The translations under genes were made by a program, and so were the position numbers. A DNA stretch of 55,133 nt from assembly GCA_947626115.1 (NCBI GenBank), contig CANQQX010000004.1:1-55133 (forward strand), read 5' to 3'. The notes beneath the pieces were generated by a model, which saw only the letters and a list, made by a program, of their open reading frames with translations, ran no database searches and was not told the DNA's origin. The DNA is from an uncultured Bacilli bacterium (GTDB taxonomy: Bacteria; Bacillota_I; Bacilli_A; RF39; UBA660). This document shows, piece by piece, positions 46,854 through 55,084 of this stretch; position 1 is the first letter of the stretch, and each line of letters starts with the position of its first letter.

Positions 46854-49514
46854 ATGAATTTTGATGAAAATAATGAAAATGATAATAGCCAAAATTCAAA
46901 GGTATCACCGGAAGAAAATAATAGTTTAGCTGTAGTAGATAATCAAAGTGCAGCAGAAAATGAAAATAACTCTGATTACAGACCAAAAAGTAATAAATTT
47001 ATTAGAAGAAATGTTATCAATAGTAAAGCTAGTAATCCTTATGAAAAAATAAAGAATATAATTAATAGAAATAGTAAAAAAGTAGCTGATGAAAATATTG
47101 ATGAAAATGCTGAAACAGGTAATGTAGATGATACTAATAAACAATTGGCTTCAGCTGCCAAAAAGCAAATGGTTTCTCAAGCAAAGAAACAAGTTTCTTC
47201 TGCAACTGTCAAAGAAGTTACGGCAGCGGGTATTAAAGCAGTTGTTGGTTTTGTTGCATCAAACCCAATTGTTTTAGCAATTATATTAGGTTTATTATTA
47301 TTGATTATCATTTTTATGTTTTTCTTTGCCTTTGATTATGGTACTAATGAAGTTGAAGGCTATTTTGATATTACATGTGATTTTAATATTACAGCGGTTT
47401 CTTGTAGTAATGGTAGAACTGTTGATATAAAAGATTATGTTATTGGTAAAGTATATTCTGAAACGCAAAAAAGAAAATTTTCAGAAGAACAAATAAAAGC
47501 TCTCATGATAATAGTTAAAACTAATGCCTTAGCAATTGGTAATTATAATAGTGAAGGAGATAAAATTATATCTTTAAATGATTGTAATATTGTAAATGAA
47601 GATAATGTAGAAGATAAAAGTACTTATGAAGATTTACTAGATTATTATGATGATATTAGAAATTATTTATTTGTTTCAGTATCTTACACTGATGATATTA
47701 CTGATTTGGGTAGCGCAGATATTCTTGAATATAATGATGATATATTGGATAGATTAAGTAATATAATTAGAAGTGATTATAAGGAAATTTTAGAAGAATT
47801 ATATCCTAATACCGAAGGTGGTGATTCTGAGACAGTTACAACAGCCAATAATAACCCTTCTATTTTTGTTGGTGATTCTAGAACTGTGGGAATGAAAAAT
47901 TCTGTTAGTGAATTAAACGATAATAATACTGTTGCAGAAGGATCAAAAGGATATGATTGGTTTGTTAATACAGCAATTGATAGCATTAATAGTAAAGTAA
48001 GTGGAAATAATGCTTATAACATTATTAGTTGGATGGGTGTCAATAACTTAGCATCTAATGGTTCAACTTGGGCTCAAACTTATTTTGATAAATATAAAGA
48101 TCTTGCTCAAACATCATGGAAACAACATACAATTTACGTTGTTAAAGTAGGTCCAGTAGTAGATGAAAAAACCTATTATGTTGATAATAATGAAATAGAT
48201 GCTTTTAATTCCAAAATAAAAGAATTAATTACTAATGCCAATATTAGTAATTTGAAATATTTAGATATTAATTATTCTATTAGCAGTTATGATGCTGAAG
48301 GGTTACATTATGGTACAAGTGATTATCAAAAAATATATGATGATATAAAGAATGAAGTAAGTAGTACCAAAACAATTAGTAAAAATAAGGCATTATATAA
48401 CAATGCAGATTATTGTTCTTATTATAATTATAAGCAAGGTTGTGAAGCGGGATGGTGGTATCCAATAGGTGAAAAAGGCAACTTTGAAAAAGGTGCTATA
48501 TTACGTGGAGATCCAGAATTAGTAGATACCGGTCCTGATAATTTTGGATGGCGTAATGATCCAATTAATGGTGGTAGAGCTTATCATAGTGCTTCCGATT
48601 TGTGGGCAAATCTGGGAATGAATGTAATTGCAACTAGAAGTGGTACAGTTGTTGTTGCGGTAGATGGTCATAGAGATAATGCTGGTTTAAATGATGGTGA
48701 AGGTTGCGGTAATTATATTAAAATAGATCATGGTGATGGATTTACTTCTTTATATTGCCATTTAAAACAAGGTTCTGTTTCAAAATATGTTACAGTTGGT
48801 ATGAGTGTATCGCAAGGGCAAATTATTGCTTTATCAGGTAATTCAGGTAGAACAACCGGACCGCATTTACACTTTGGAATTAGTGAAGGTGGTACTGTTC
48901 GAAATCCTTTTGATTTTATTAGCACAGAAATGCCACGTCCAAAAACTAATAATTGTAAAAATTATGAAGCGGATACTGCTGGAGTTTGTCATGCTTTGAA
49001 AGATTTGGGATTTAGTGATAATGCAGTTGCAGGTTTAATGGCTAATATTATTAGTGAAGGCGGTTTTGATCCTACTACAGTGGTTCCTAATGATAATGGC
49101 GGGCCAAGTTATGGTATGATTGGTTGGCATGATGCGTCTGATTGTAGTACTGTTGACGTATGTGAAGTATCAACTAAATTGCCTGGATTAACTTGCAATG
49201 GTAGTAATTTAAAATGTTTCTGTAGACAAAATGGTATGGAATGGGATACAGTGGCTTGTCAAACAGCATTTTTAAAAAAATATATTGATGATCATGCTAA
49301 TACACCAGGTTTTGATGCTGCTAAAGAAATATATGGTGACTATAGTGCTTATGATATAGCGGTTCAATTCAGTTTTAAGCTTGAAAGATGTAGCCAATGT
49401 TTTACATATTCAGGTAAACACATAGTACCAGGAGTACCAGGGCCAGCGTGCTATATTCGTGGAAGTAGAGCTAATGAGTTTTTGCCTTTTGTTAAAAATG
49501 GTTGTAAAGATTAG
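46854..49514 (+). CDS. Multidomain T4SS-associated cell-wall hydrolase (VirB1 functional analogue)
   Basis: Disordered N-terminus plus TM; SpoIID-like segment (EEQIKALMIIVKTNALA); SGNH-like block (FVGDSRTVG ... EGLHYG); M23 peptidase (YHSASD, GPHLHFG); C-terminal Cys-rich lysozyme-like module (GLMANIISEGGFDP). Confidence 0.75.
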   Translation: MNFDENNENDNSQNSKVSPEENNSLAVVDNQSAAENENNSDYRPKSNKFIRRNVINSKASNPYEKIKNIINRNSKKVADENIDENAETGNVDDTNKQLASAAKKQMVSQAKKQVSSATVKEVTAAGIKAVVGFVASNPIVLAIILGLLLLIIIFMFFFAFDYGTNEVEGYFDITCDFNITAVSCSNGRTVDIKDYVIGKVYSETQKRKFSEEQIKALMIIVKTNALAIGNYNSEGDKIISLNDCNIVNEDNVEDKSTYEDLLDYYDDIRNYLFVSVSYTDDITDLGSADILEYNDDILDRLSNIIRSDYKEILEELYPNTEGGDSETVTTANNNPSIFVGDSRTVGMKNSVSELNDNNTVAEGSKGYDWFVNTAIDSINSKVSGNNAYNIISWMGVNNLASNGSTWAQTYFDKYKDLAQTSWKQHTIYVVKVGPVVDEKTYYVDNNEIDAFNSKIKELITNANISNLKYLDINYSISSYDAEGLHYGTSDYQKIYDDIKNEVSSTKTISKNKALYNNADYCSYYNYKQGCEAGWWYPIGEKGNFEKGAILRGDPELVDTGPDNFGWRNDPINGGRAYHSASDLWANLGMNVIATRSGTVVVAVDGHRDNAGLNDGEGCGNYIKIDHGDGFTSLYCHLKQGSVSKYVTVGMSVSQGQIIALSGNSGRTTGPHLHFGISEGGTVRNPFDFISTEMPRPKTNNCKNYEADTAGVCHALKDLGFSDNAVAGLMANIISEGGFDPTTVVPNDNGGPSYGMIGWHDASDCSTVDVCEVSTKLPGLTCNGSNLKCFCRQNGMEWDTVACQTAFLKKYIDDHANTPGFDAAKEIYGDYSAYDIAVQFSFKLERCSQCFTYSGKHIVPGVPGPACYIRGSRANEFLPFVKNGCKD

Positions 49515-49526
49515 GAGAAATAAAAT

Positions 49527-50438
49527 ATGACAAAAAATAATCAAAAATTTATACTAATTTTTATTGTTATACTATTGGTTCTTACTTCAGTTATGGCAGT
49601 ATTTATTAATATGAATATAAAAGATAATAATAACGATGATCAAAATAATAATATTCCATCTAATGAACCAGTAATAAACAAAGAAATATCTAGATTGAAT
49701 AATGACGAAGAATATTTTGCTGTGCAAAAAGCAATAAATGATGTATTTGGGCTTATAAATAACACGAATGAATTATTAAATTATTTTGATGAAGATTTTA
49801 TAAATGAAAATAATTTAAATGAAAGTAATATTTTAAATTATTTAAAAGTAACTCAAAAAAATAACTTAGATTTTATAGTCGAAGAAATATATTATAATGA
49901 TAATAGTAACATAACTTATTATTTTACTAAATGCTATTCTATGGAATATGAAGTAGGAGAAGATAAAGTTAGTTATTCTCCTAACAAATATTATTTATTA
50001 ATTGTAGATATGAATAATCATTTTGTTTTAAAACCATTAGATAATGTTGATAATTTAGAAACATATGCTAAATCTTATGATATAAAAGAAGTTGCTATAA
50101 ATAATAATACTGATTTTAAAAAACAAGAGACATCAGATAAAAATAGAATTATAAATTACATAAATAATTTTGTAAATTTACTTTATTTAGATACTAGTAA
50201 AGCATATGATATGTTAGATGATGAAACTAAAAAGCAATATACTAATTTAGATAGTTTTATAAATGATATTGATAATATTTACTCTAAATTATTTACTAAT
50301 TTTAAAGCTTTAAATAAGGAAGAAAATGCTGATAATATTATTTATAAAGCACAAAATAAAGATATGGAAACAATATCTATAACAGAATATTATCCTAATG
50401 ATTATAAAATTGGCTTTAAATTTTTAGAGGGAGTATAG
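49527..50438 (+). CDS. Bitopic membrane protein, candidate VirB8/TcpC-like T4SS component
   Basis: N-terminal TM plus about 250-aa ectodomain; tandem paralogue of the next ORF; position between hydrolase and coupling protein. The assignment is architectural only. Confidence 0.35.
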   Translation: MTKNNQKFILIFIVILLVLTSVMAVFINMNIKDNNNDDQNNNIPSNEPVINKEISRLNNDEEYFAVQKAINDVFGLINNTNELLNYFDEDFINENNLNESNILNYLKVTQKNNLDFIVEEIYYNDNSNITYYFTKCYSMEYEVGEDKVSYSPNKYYLLIVDMNNHFVLKPLDNVDNLETYAKSYDIKEVAINNNTDFKKQETSDKNRIINYINNFVNLLYLDTSKAYDMLDDETKKQYTNLDSFINDIDNIYSKLFTNFKALNKEENADNIIYKAQNKDMETISITEYYPNDYKIGFKFLEGV

Positions 50439-50439
50439 A

Positions 50440-51360
50440 ATGAAAAAAGATAATCAAAAAATATTATTATTCATAATAATTGGTATATTATTGTTAGTAT
50501 CTATAATGGCGTTTATTATGGGAACTAAATCAAATAAATCAAATAATGATACAACAGAAAATCCAAAACAAGAATTACCATTAACTCCTGTGTTAAATAC
50601 AGAAATAGTAAGATTAGATGATACTAATACAATTTTTGCTATTCAAAAAACTATTAGTAATTTTTATACTGAAATGTTTAATAATAAAGCAAATGCTATA
50701 TTATTACTGGACAAAGATTTTGTATTTAAATATACAATAAATGAAAATAATATAAATAATTATGTTAATAGTACTAATGAGAATGTTAATTTTATAGCTA
50801 CGGAAGTTTATTATAATCCAAATAGTAATATGACTTATTATTTTATTAAAGGCTATACCATTGATGGAACTAATACTGGAGATAATTTAAAATATACTAA
50901 TAATTTATATTATATTTTAAAAGTAGATATGGAAAATAATTATAATATTACTCCTTTAAAAGATATTGAAAATTTAGAAACTTATATTAAAAATTATTAT
51001 TTCAGTAAAATATATATTGATAATACAACTAAATTTGAAATTAAAGAAGTAGATGCTGTTGATAAATTAATTGCTTATATTACTAATTTTAAAAGTTTAA
51101 TGTACATAAATAGTAATGAAGCTTTTAATATATTAAATGATCCAACTAAAAGTAAATATGCTAATTTAAAAGCTTTTATGGATGATAGAGAAAATATTAA
51201 TGAAAAATTAAGCTTAAAATTTAATAAAATTGATGTTAAAGAAGAAGGTAATATATTAATTTATAATATTATAAATAATAATAGAAATAGTATAACTATT
51301 ACTGAATTTTATCCTAATGAATATAAGATAGATTTTAATTTTTTAGAGATAACTCAATAA
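50440..51360 (+). CDS. Bitopic membrane protein, paralogue of 49527-50438
   Basis: Collinear similarity (e.g. ITEYYPNDYKIGFKFLE vs ITEFYPNEYKIDFNFLE; EIYYNDNSNITYYFTK vs EVYYNPNSNMTYYFIK). Confidence 0.35.
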   Translation: MKKDNQKILLFIIIGILLLVSIMAFIMGTKSNKSNNDTTENPKQELPLTPVLNTEIVRLDDTNTIFAIQKTISNFYTEMFNNKANAILLLDKDFVFKYTINENNINNYVNSTNENVNFIATEVYYNPNSNMTYYFIKGYTIDGTNTGDNLKYTNNLYYILKVDMENNYNITPLKDIENLETYIKNYYFSKIYIDNTTKFEIKEVDAVDKLIAYITNFKSLMYINSNEAFNILNDPTKSKYANLKAFMDDRENINEKLSLKFNKIDVKEEGNILIYNIINNNRNSITITEFYPNEYKIDFNFLEITQ

Positions 51361-51418
51361 TATTAATTTATTTTTAATTATATTTATAGTATAATAATGG
51401 TGAATTGGGGAGATAAAT

Positions 51419-53641
51419 ATGAAGTTTAAAGTAGAAGCTAAAGATTTTTTCTTATTTGTTGTATATTGTATTATACTTCTTTATTTGTGTGCTTTAGCAG
51501 TATCTAATTTGTTTTGTTTACTTAATACTGGAACTTTTTATGGTCTTTTACCCCTAAGTGCTTTTTCTTTACAATATTTACCATTTACTTTAGGATTATT
51601 TTTTGGTGCTTTAATTTTAATATTTACTAGTGTATCATCTTATATTTTTAATAAAGAAAAAGGTAGTGGACTTGGCATAAAAGTTAATAAGGAAAAAGCC
51701 AGTGATGGTTATGCTAGATGGGCAAAAGATAAAGAAATTAAAAATGCTAGTAAAGTAGTTAAAATAAATCCATCAGAAAAAGTTCTTACAGCTGGTGGTA
51801 TTCCGTTAATTAGTAATACTAAAGAAATTTGGGTTGATAATAGTGATTATCATAATTTAGTTATTGGTTCAACTGGTTCAGGAAAATCTGAAAGTTTAGT
51901 TTTTCCAATGATTAATATTTTAGCTAAAAAGGGTGAAAGTATGATTATTACTGACCCTAAAGGTGAAATATATAGTAAAACAGCCAATAATTTAAAAGAT
52001 CGTGGTTATAAAATTATTGTTTTAAATTTTAGGGAACCAGGAAAAGGAAATGCTTGGAATCCATTAGATTTGCCTTATAAATATTATAAGGAAGGAAACT
52101 TTGATAAAGCTACTGAACTTTTAGAGGATGTTTCATTAAACATTTTATATGATCCATCTAAAGGTAATGGTGATTCTGAATTCTGGGAAAAAGGTTCAGC
52201 TGATTATTTTTCAGGACTTGCGATTGGTTTATTTCAAGATGCTAAAGAAAAAGAAATTAATTTAAATAGTATTAACTATATGAGTACAGTTGGAGAAGAG
52301 AGATATGCTACAAGTAACTTTATTAAAGAATATTTTAATTTAAAAGGTAAAGATTCTAATGCATATATGTTTGCTAATACAGTTATTAATGCTCCAAGTG
52401 ATACTAAGGGTGGACTACTTTCAACATTTAGTCAAAAGATAAGAATGTTTTCAACTAAAGAAAATTTAGCCGAAATGCTTTCTTATAGTGATTTTGATAT
52501 GCGTGATATAGGTAAAGGTAAAACAGCAGTATTTATGATTATTCATGATGAGAAAAAAACATATCATACTTTAATGACTATTTTTATAAAACAAGTATAT
52601 GAAACACTTATTGATGTAGCCCAAGCCAATGGTGGTAAACTTCAATATCGTACTAATTTTATCTTAGATGAATTTGCTAATATGCCACCACTTAAAGATG
52701 TTGATAGTATGGTTTCGGCAGCTCGTAGTCGTGATATTAGATTTACCTTTATTATTCAAAACTTTGCCCAACTTAATGATGTTTATGGGGAAGAAGTGGC
52801 TCAAGTAATTCGTGGTAACTGTGGTAATTTAGTTTATTTAATTTCAACTGAACTTAAAGCTTTAGAAGAAATAAGTAAAATGTGTGGTGAAGTTAAATCA
52901 AAAGAAAAAGATAAAACAGCATCAACACCTTTAGTAACAGTTAGTGATTTACAAAAATTAAAATTAGGAGAAGCTATTATATTAAGACTTAGAATGAATC
53001 CATTTAAAACAAAATATGCGCCTAATTTTAAAATAAACTGGGGAGAAGATTATCCACCAGCTACTTATCCAACTAGAGAATTTCATCAAGTTGAATTATT
53101 TGATTTAAAAAAATATGTTACTGAAGAAAAACGTAAAAGAATGATGAATAATTCAAATAATGATGTTGGTTCAATGATGGAACCAGGTGGAATGGGGGGA
53201 ATTAGCCCATTTGGAATGGGTAGTGGTTTTGGGATGCCAAATATCCCAGTTGGTAATCCAATAAATCCTTTAAATACACCTTCTTCTAATCCATTTGCCA
53301 GTGGCCTTCAAAATATGGATATCGATGCTATGATGAAGGATATTGATCAAAAGTTAAAAGAACTTGATGAAGAAGAGAAAAAGCAAAAAGAAAAATTGAA
53401 GAAACAGGAGCCTAAAAGTAATGATAAACAATTAGAATCTTTAGAAGAAACAGAATTACCAGAATTAAAAAATAACAGTCCTAAAGAAGAAAATAATACT
53501 AATGGTGATGAAAAAGAAAAAATTGATGAAAATCAAAAATCAGATAAACCAAAAGTAAATATTGATGTTGATAGTGTTATTATGAATGAAAATGTCATAA
53601 CTGATGATGAATTCTTTGATGATTTCTTTGGCGATGAATAA
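51419..53641 (+). CDS. VirD4/TraG-type type IV coupling protein
   Basis: Two N-terminal TMs; Walker A GSTGSGKSE; DPKGE; Walker B FILDEFANMP; low-complexity Gly/Met/Pro, then Lys/Glu, then acidic C-terminal tail. Confidence 0.85.
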   Translation: MKFKVEAKDFFLFVVYCIILLYLCALAVSNLFCLLNTGTFYGLLPLSAFSLQYLPFTLGLFFGALILIFTSVSSYIFNKEKGSGLGIKVNKEKASDGYARWAKDKEIKNASKVVKINPSEKVLTAGGIPLISNTKEIWVDNSDYHNLVIGSTGSGKSESLVFPMINILAKKGESMIITDPKGEIYSKTANNLKDRGYKIIVLNFREPGKGNAWNPLDLPYKYYKEGNFDKATELLEDVSLNILYDPSKGNGDSEFWEKGSADYFSGLAIGLFQDAKEKEINLNSINYMSTVGEERYATSNFIKEYFNLKGKDSNAYMFANTVINAPSDTKGGLLSTFSQKIRMFSTKENLAEMLSYSDFDMRDIGKGKTAVFMIIHDEKKTYHTLMTIFIKQVYETLIDVAQANGGKLQYRTNFILDEFANMPPLKDVDSMVSAARSRDIRFTFIIQNFAQLNDVYGEEVAQVIRGNCGNLVYLISTELKALEEISKMCGEVKSKEKDKTASTPLVTVSDLQKLKLGEAIILRLRMNPFKTKYAPNFKINWGEDYPPATYPTREFHQVELFDLKKYVTEEKRKRMMNNSNNDVGSMMEPGGMGGISPFGMGSGFGMPNIPVGNPINPLNTPSSNPFASGLQNMDIDAMMKDIDQKLKELDEEEKKQKEKLKKQEPKSNDKQLESLEETELPELKNNSPKEENNTNGDEKEKIDENQKSDKPKVNIDVDSVIMNENVITDDEFFDDFFGDE

Positions 53642-53652
53642 ATAGTAAAATT

Positions 53653-53676
53653 ATCTCTAGAAATAGAGATTTTTTT
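53653..53676 (+). terminator. TCTCTA-GAAA-TAGAGA hairpin plus T run, copy C
   Basis: Identical to copies at 24921 and 29148; 12 nt after the VirD4 stop. Confidence 0.65.
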
Positions 53677-53690
53677 AATTTTTAGCACTT

Positions 53691-53760
53691 TTTTCAATAA
53701 ATTTTTGCGAAAAAAAAGGAAATTGGCCTCCTAGTGCACTATATATATAAGTGAAAGGAG
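53691..53760 (+). promoter_or_regulatory. Promoter/leader of the Rpn-like gene; right copy of the inverted repeat flanking the island
   Basis: TTTTCAATAA...AAAAAGGAAATTGGCCTCCTAGTGCACTATATATATAAGTGAAAGGAG matches the reverse complement of 15804-15860. Putative TTGGCC-17-TATAAG promoter plus SD. Confidence 0.6.
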
Positions 53761-53772
53761 GTGTGAAATCAT

Positions 53773-54636
53773 ATGGTAACTAAGATTCAAAATGAACAAT
53801 TTTTAATGCATGATTCAATCTTTAAAGCCATTGTTGTTAATGAAAAAGATACGAGATTACTTGATTATATATTATCCGATATTTTAGAAGAAAAAGTACA
53901 TGTATTTAAGTTTGTACCAACTGAACTAAAAATAAGAAGAAAATCTGAAAGAATCAAAGTAACTGATTTAATTGTTGAGTCAGATAGTGGTAAGCATATT
54001 CTAGTTGAGTTAAATAGTAATTTTAGTAAGAGTACCAAAGTAAGAAACTTATCATATTATGCATCATATTATTCGCAAATAATAGAAAAAAGTAAAAAAT
54101 ATGATGAAGACTTAGAAACAGTACTTATAAACTTAAATAACGATAGTGAAGTAGAATTAGCAAAAAAGACATATTTAATAAAATGTAATGAAGATGGAAG
54201 TATCTATACAAATACATTTAAGATAATTAACATCAATCTTGTTAAGTACAAAAAGCTATGTTATGATGAATGTATAAAAGGAAACAAAGAACATATACAT
54301 TTAGTAATGTTAAATGCCAATATGGAAGAGATGAAAGAATTAGGCAAAAAAGATAAAGTAGTAAAGGAGTATGAAAAAAGAATGCTAACATTAACAAAAG
54401 ATGGGGTAGTATTAAATCATTTAAGTTATGAAGAAGAGCAAGAGAAATTAAGAAGATCAGAAATATCTGAAGCAAGAGATGAAGGCATAACAAAAGGTAT
54501 AGCAGAAGAAAAAGACAATATTGCTATTAATATGTTAAAAGATAATATGCCAATAGATGTAATAATAAAATATACATCATTAACAGAAAACGAACTTGAA
54601 AAACTAAAGAAAAAAATGCATATGCAATTAAAGTAA
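53773..54636 (+). CDS. Rpn-family / PDDEXK_2 recombination-promoting nuclease-like protein (annotated elsewhere as PD-(D/E)XK nuclease family transposase)
   Basis: MHDSIFKAIV start; VTDLIVESDSGKHILVELNSN nuclease core; helical C-terminal tail (IAEEKDNIAINMLKDNMPIDVIIKYTSL). Confidence 0.7.
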   Translation: MVTKIQNEQFLMHDSIFKAIVVNEKDTRLLDYILSDILEEKVHVFKFVPTELKIRRKSERIKVTDLIVESDSGKHILVELNSNFSKSTKVRNLSYYASYYSQIIEKSKKYDEDLETVLINLNNDSEVELAKKTYLIKCNEDGSIYTNTFKIININLVKYKKLCYDECIKGNKEHIHLVMLNANMEEMKELGKKDKVVKEYEKRMLTLTKDGVVLNHLSYEEEQEKLRRSEISEARDEGITKGIAEEKDNIAINMLKDNMPIDVIIKYTSLTENELEKLKKKMHMQLK

Positions 54637-54692
54637 TGTATAAAATCATTACTTTTTTATTATCTGCAATTTTAAAAAATACATAAATTATA

Positions 54693-54956
54693 ATGGTGAA
54701 TATAATGAAAAGCATTAAGGAAAATGAATATCAACCTTATATGGGTATTTTAATAGATGTAAGAGATCCTATAAGTTATAAAGAAGGACATAATTCGAAT
54801 AGTATTAATATATATTATGATAAATTACTTATGAATCATAAAACTATGTTAGATAAAAATAAAAAATATTATTTAATTTGTGATAAAGGACATAAAAGTA
54901 AACAAGCAGCTCGGATATTATCATTTTACGGTTATAATGTAACATATGTAAGATAG
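54693..54956 (+). CDS. Single-domain rhodanese-like protein
   Basis: 87 aa; IDVRDPISYKEGH; active-site loop CDKGHKS; alternative start at 54705. Confidence 0.7.
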   Translation: MVNIMKSIKENEYQPYMGILIDVRDPISYKEGHNSNSINIYYDKLLMNHKTMLDKNKKYYLICDKGHKSKQAARILSFYGYNVTYVR

Positions 54957-55025
54957 TGTAGAATAATTACGGGTGAGAGATTAAAATCAAACACCAAATA
55001 ATTAAGTTAATTAAATATTAAAACA

Positions 55026-55063
55026 AAAAGAATAATAAATCAATAAAAATTATTCTTTTTTTT
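55026..55063 (+). terminator. Intrinsic terminator
   Basis: AAAAGAATAAT ... ATTATTCTTTT stem followed by a T run. Confidence 0.55.
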
Positions 55064-55084
55064 ATATAATAGGAAAGTTATAGA

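Noticed and set aside
46683-47228. 10-nt identity TACGGCAGCG between the IS605 remnant (46683-46692) and the hydrolase gene (47219-47228), considered as a possible TnpB guide/target pair
   Set aside because: On the order of a thousand 10-mer coincidences are expected by chance in 55 kb. The match also lies inside the scaffold region rather than downstream of the right end, where a guide would be.
46854-51360. Prophage interpretation (M23 and lysozyme-like hydrolase, small paralogous proteins)
   Set aside because: No terminase, portal, capsid, tail or integrase signatures are present anywhere in the island. The hydrolase sits between VirB4 and VirD4, as in conjugative T4SS loci.
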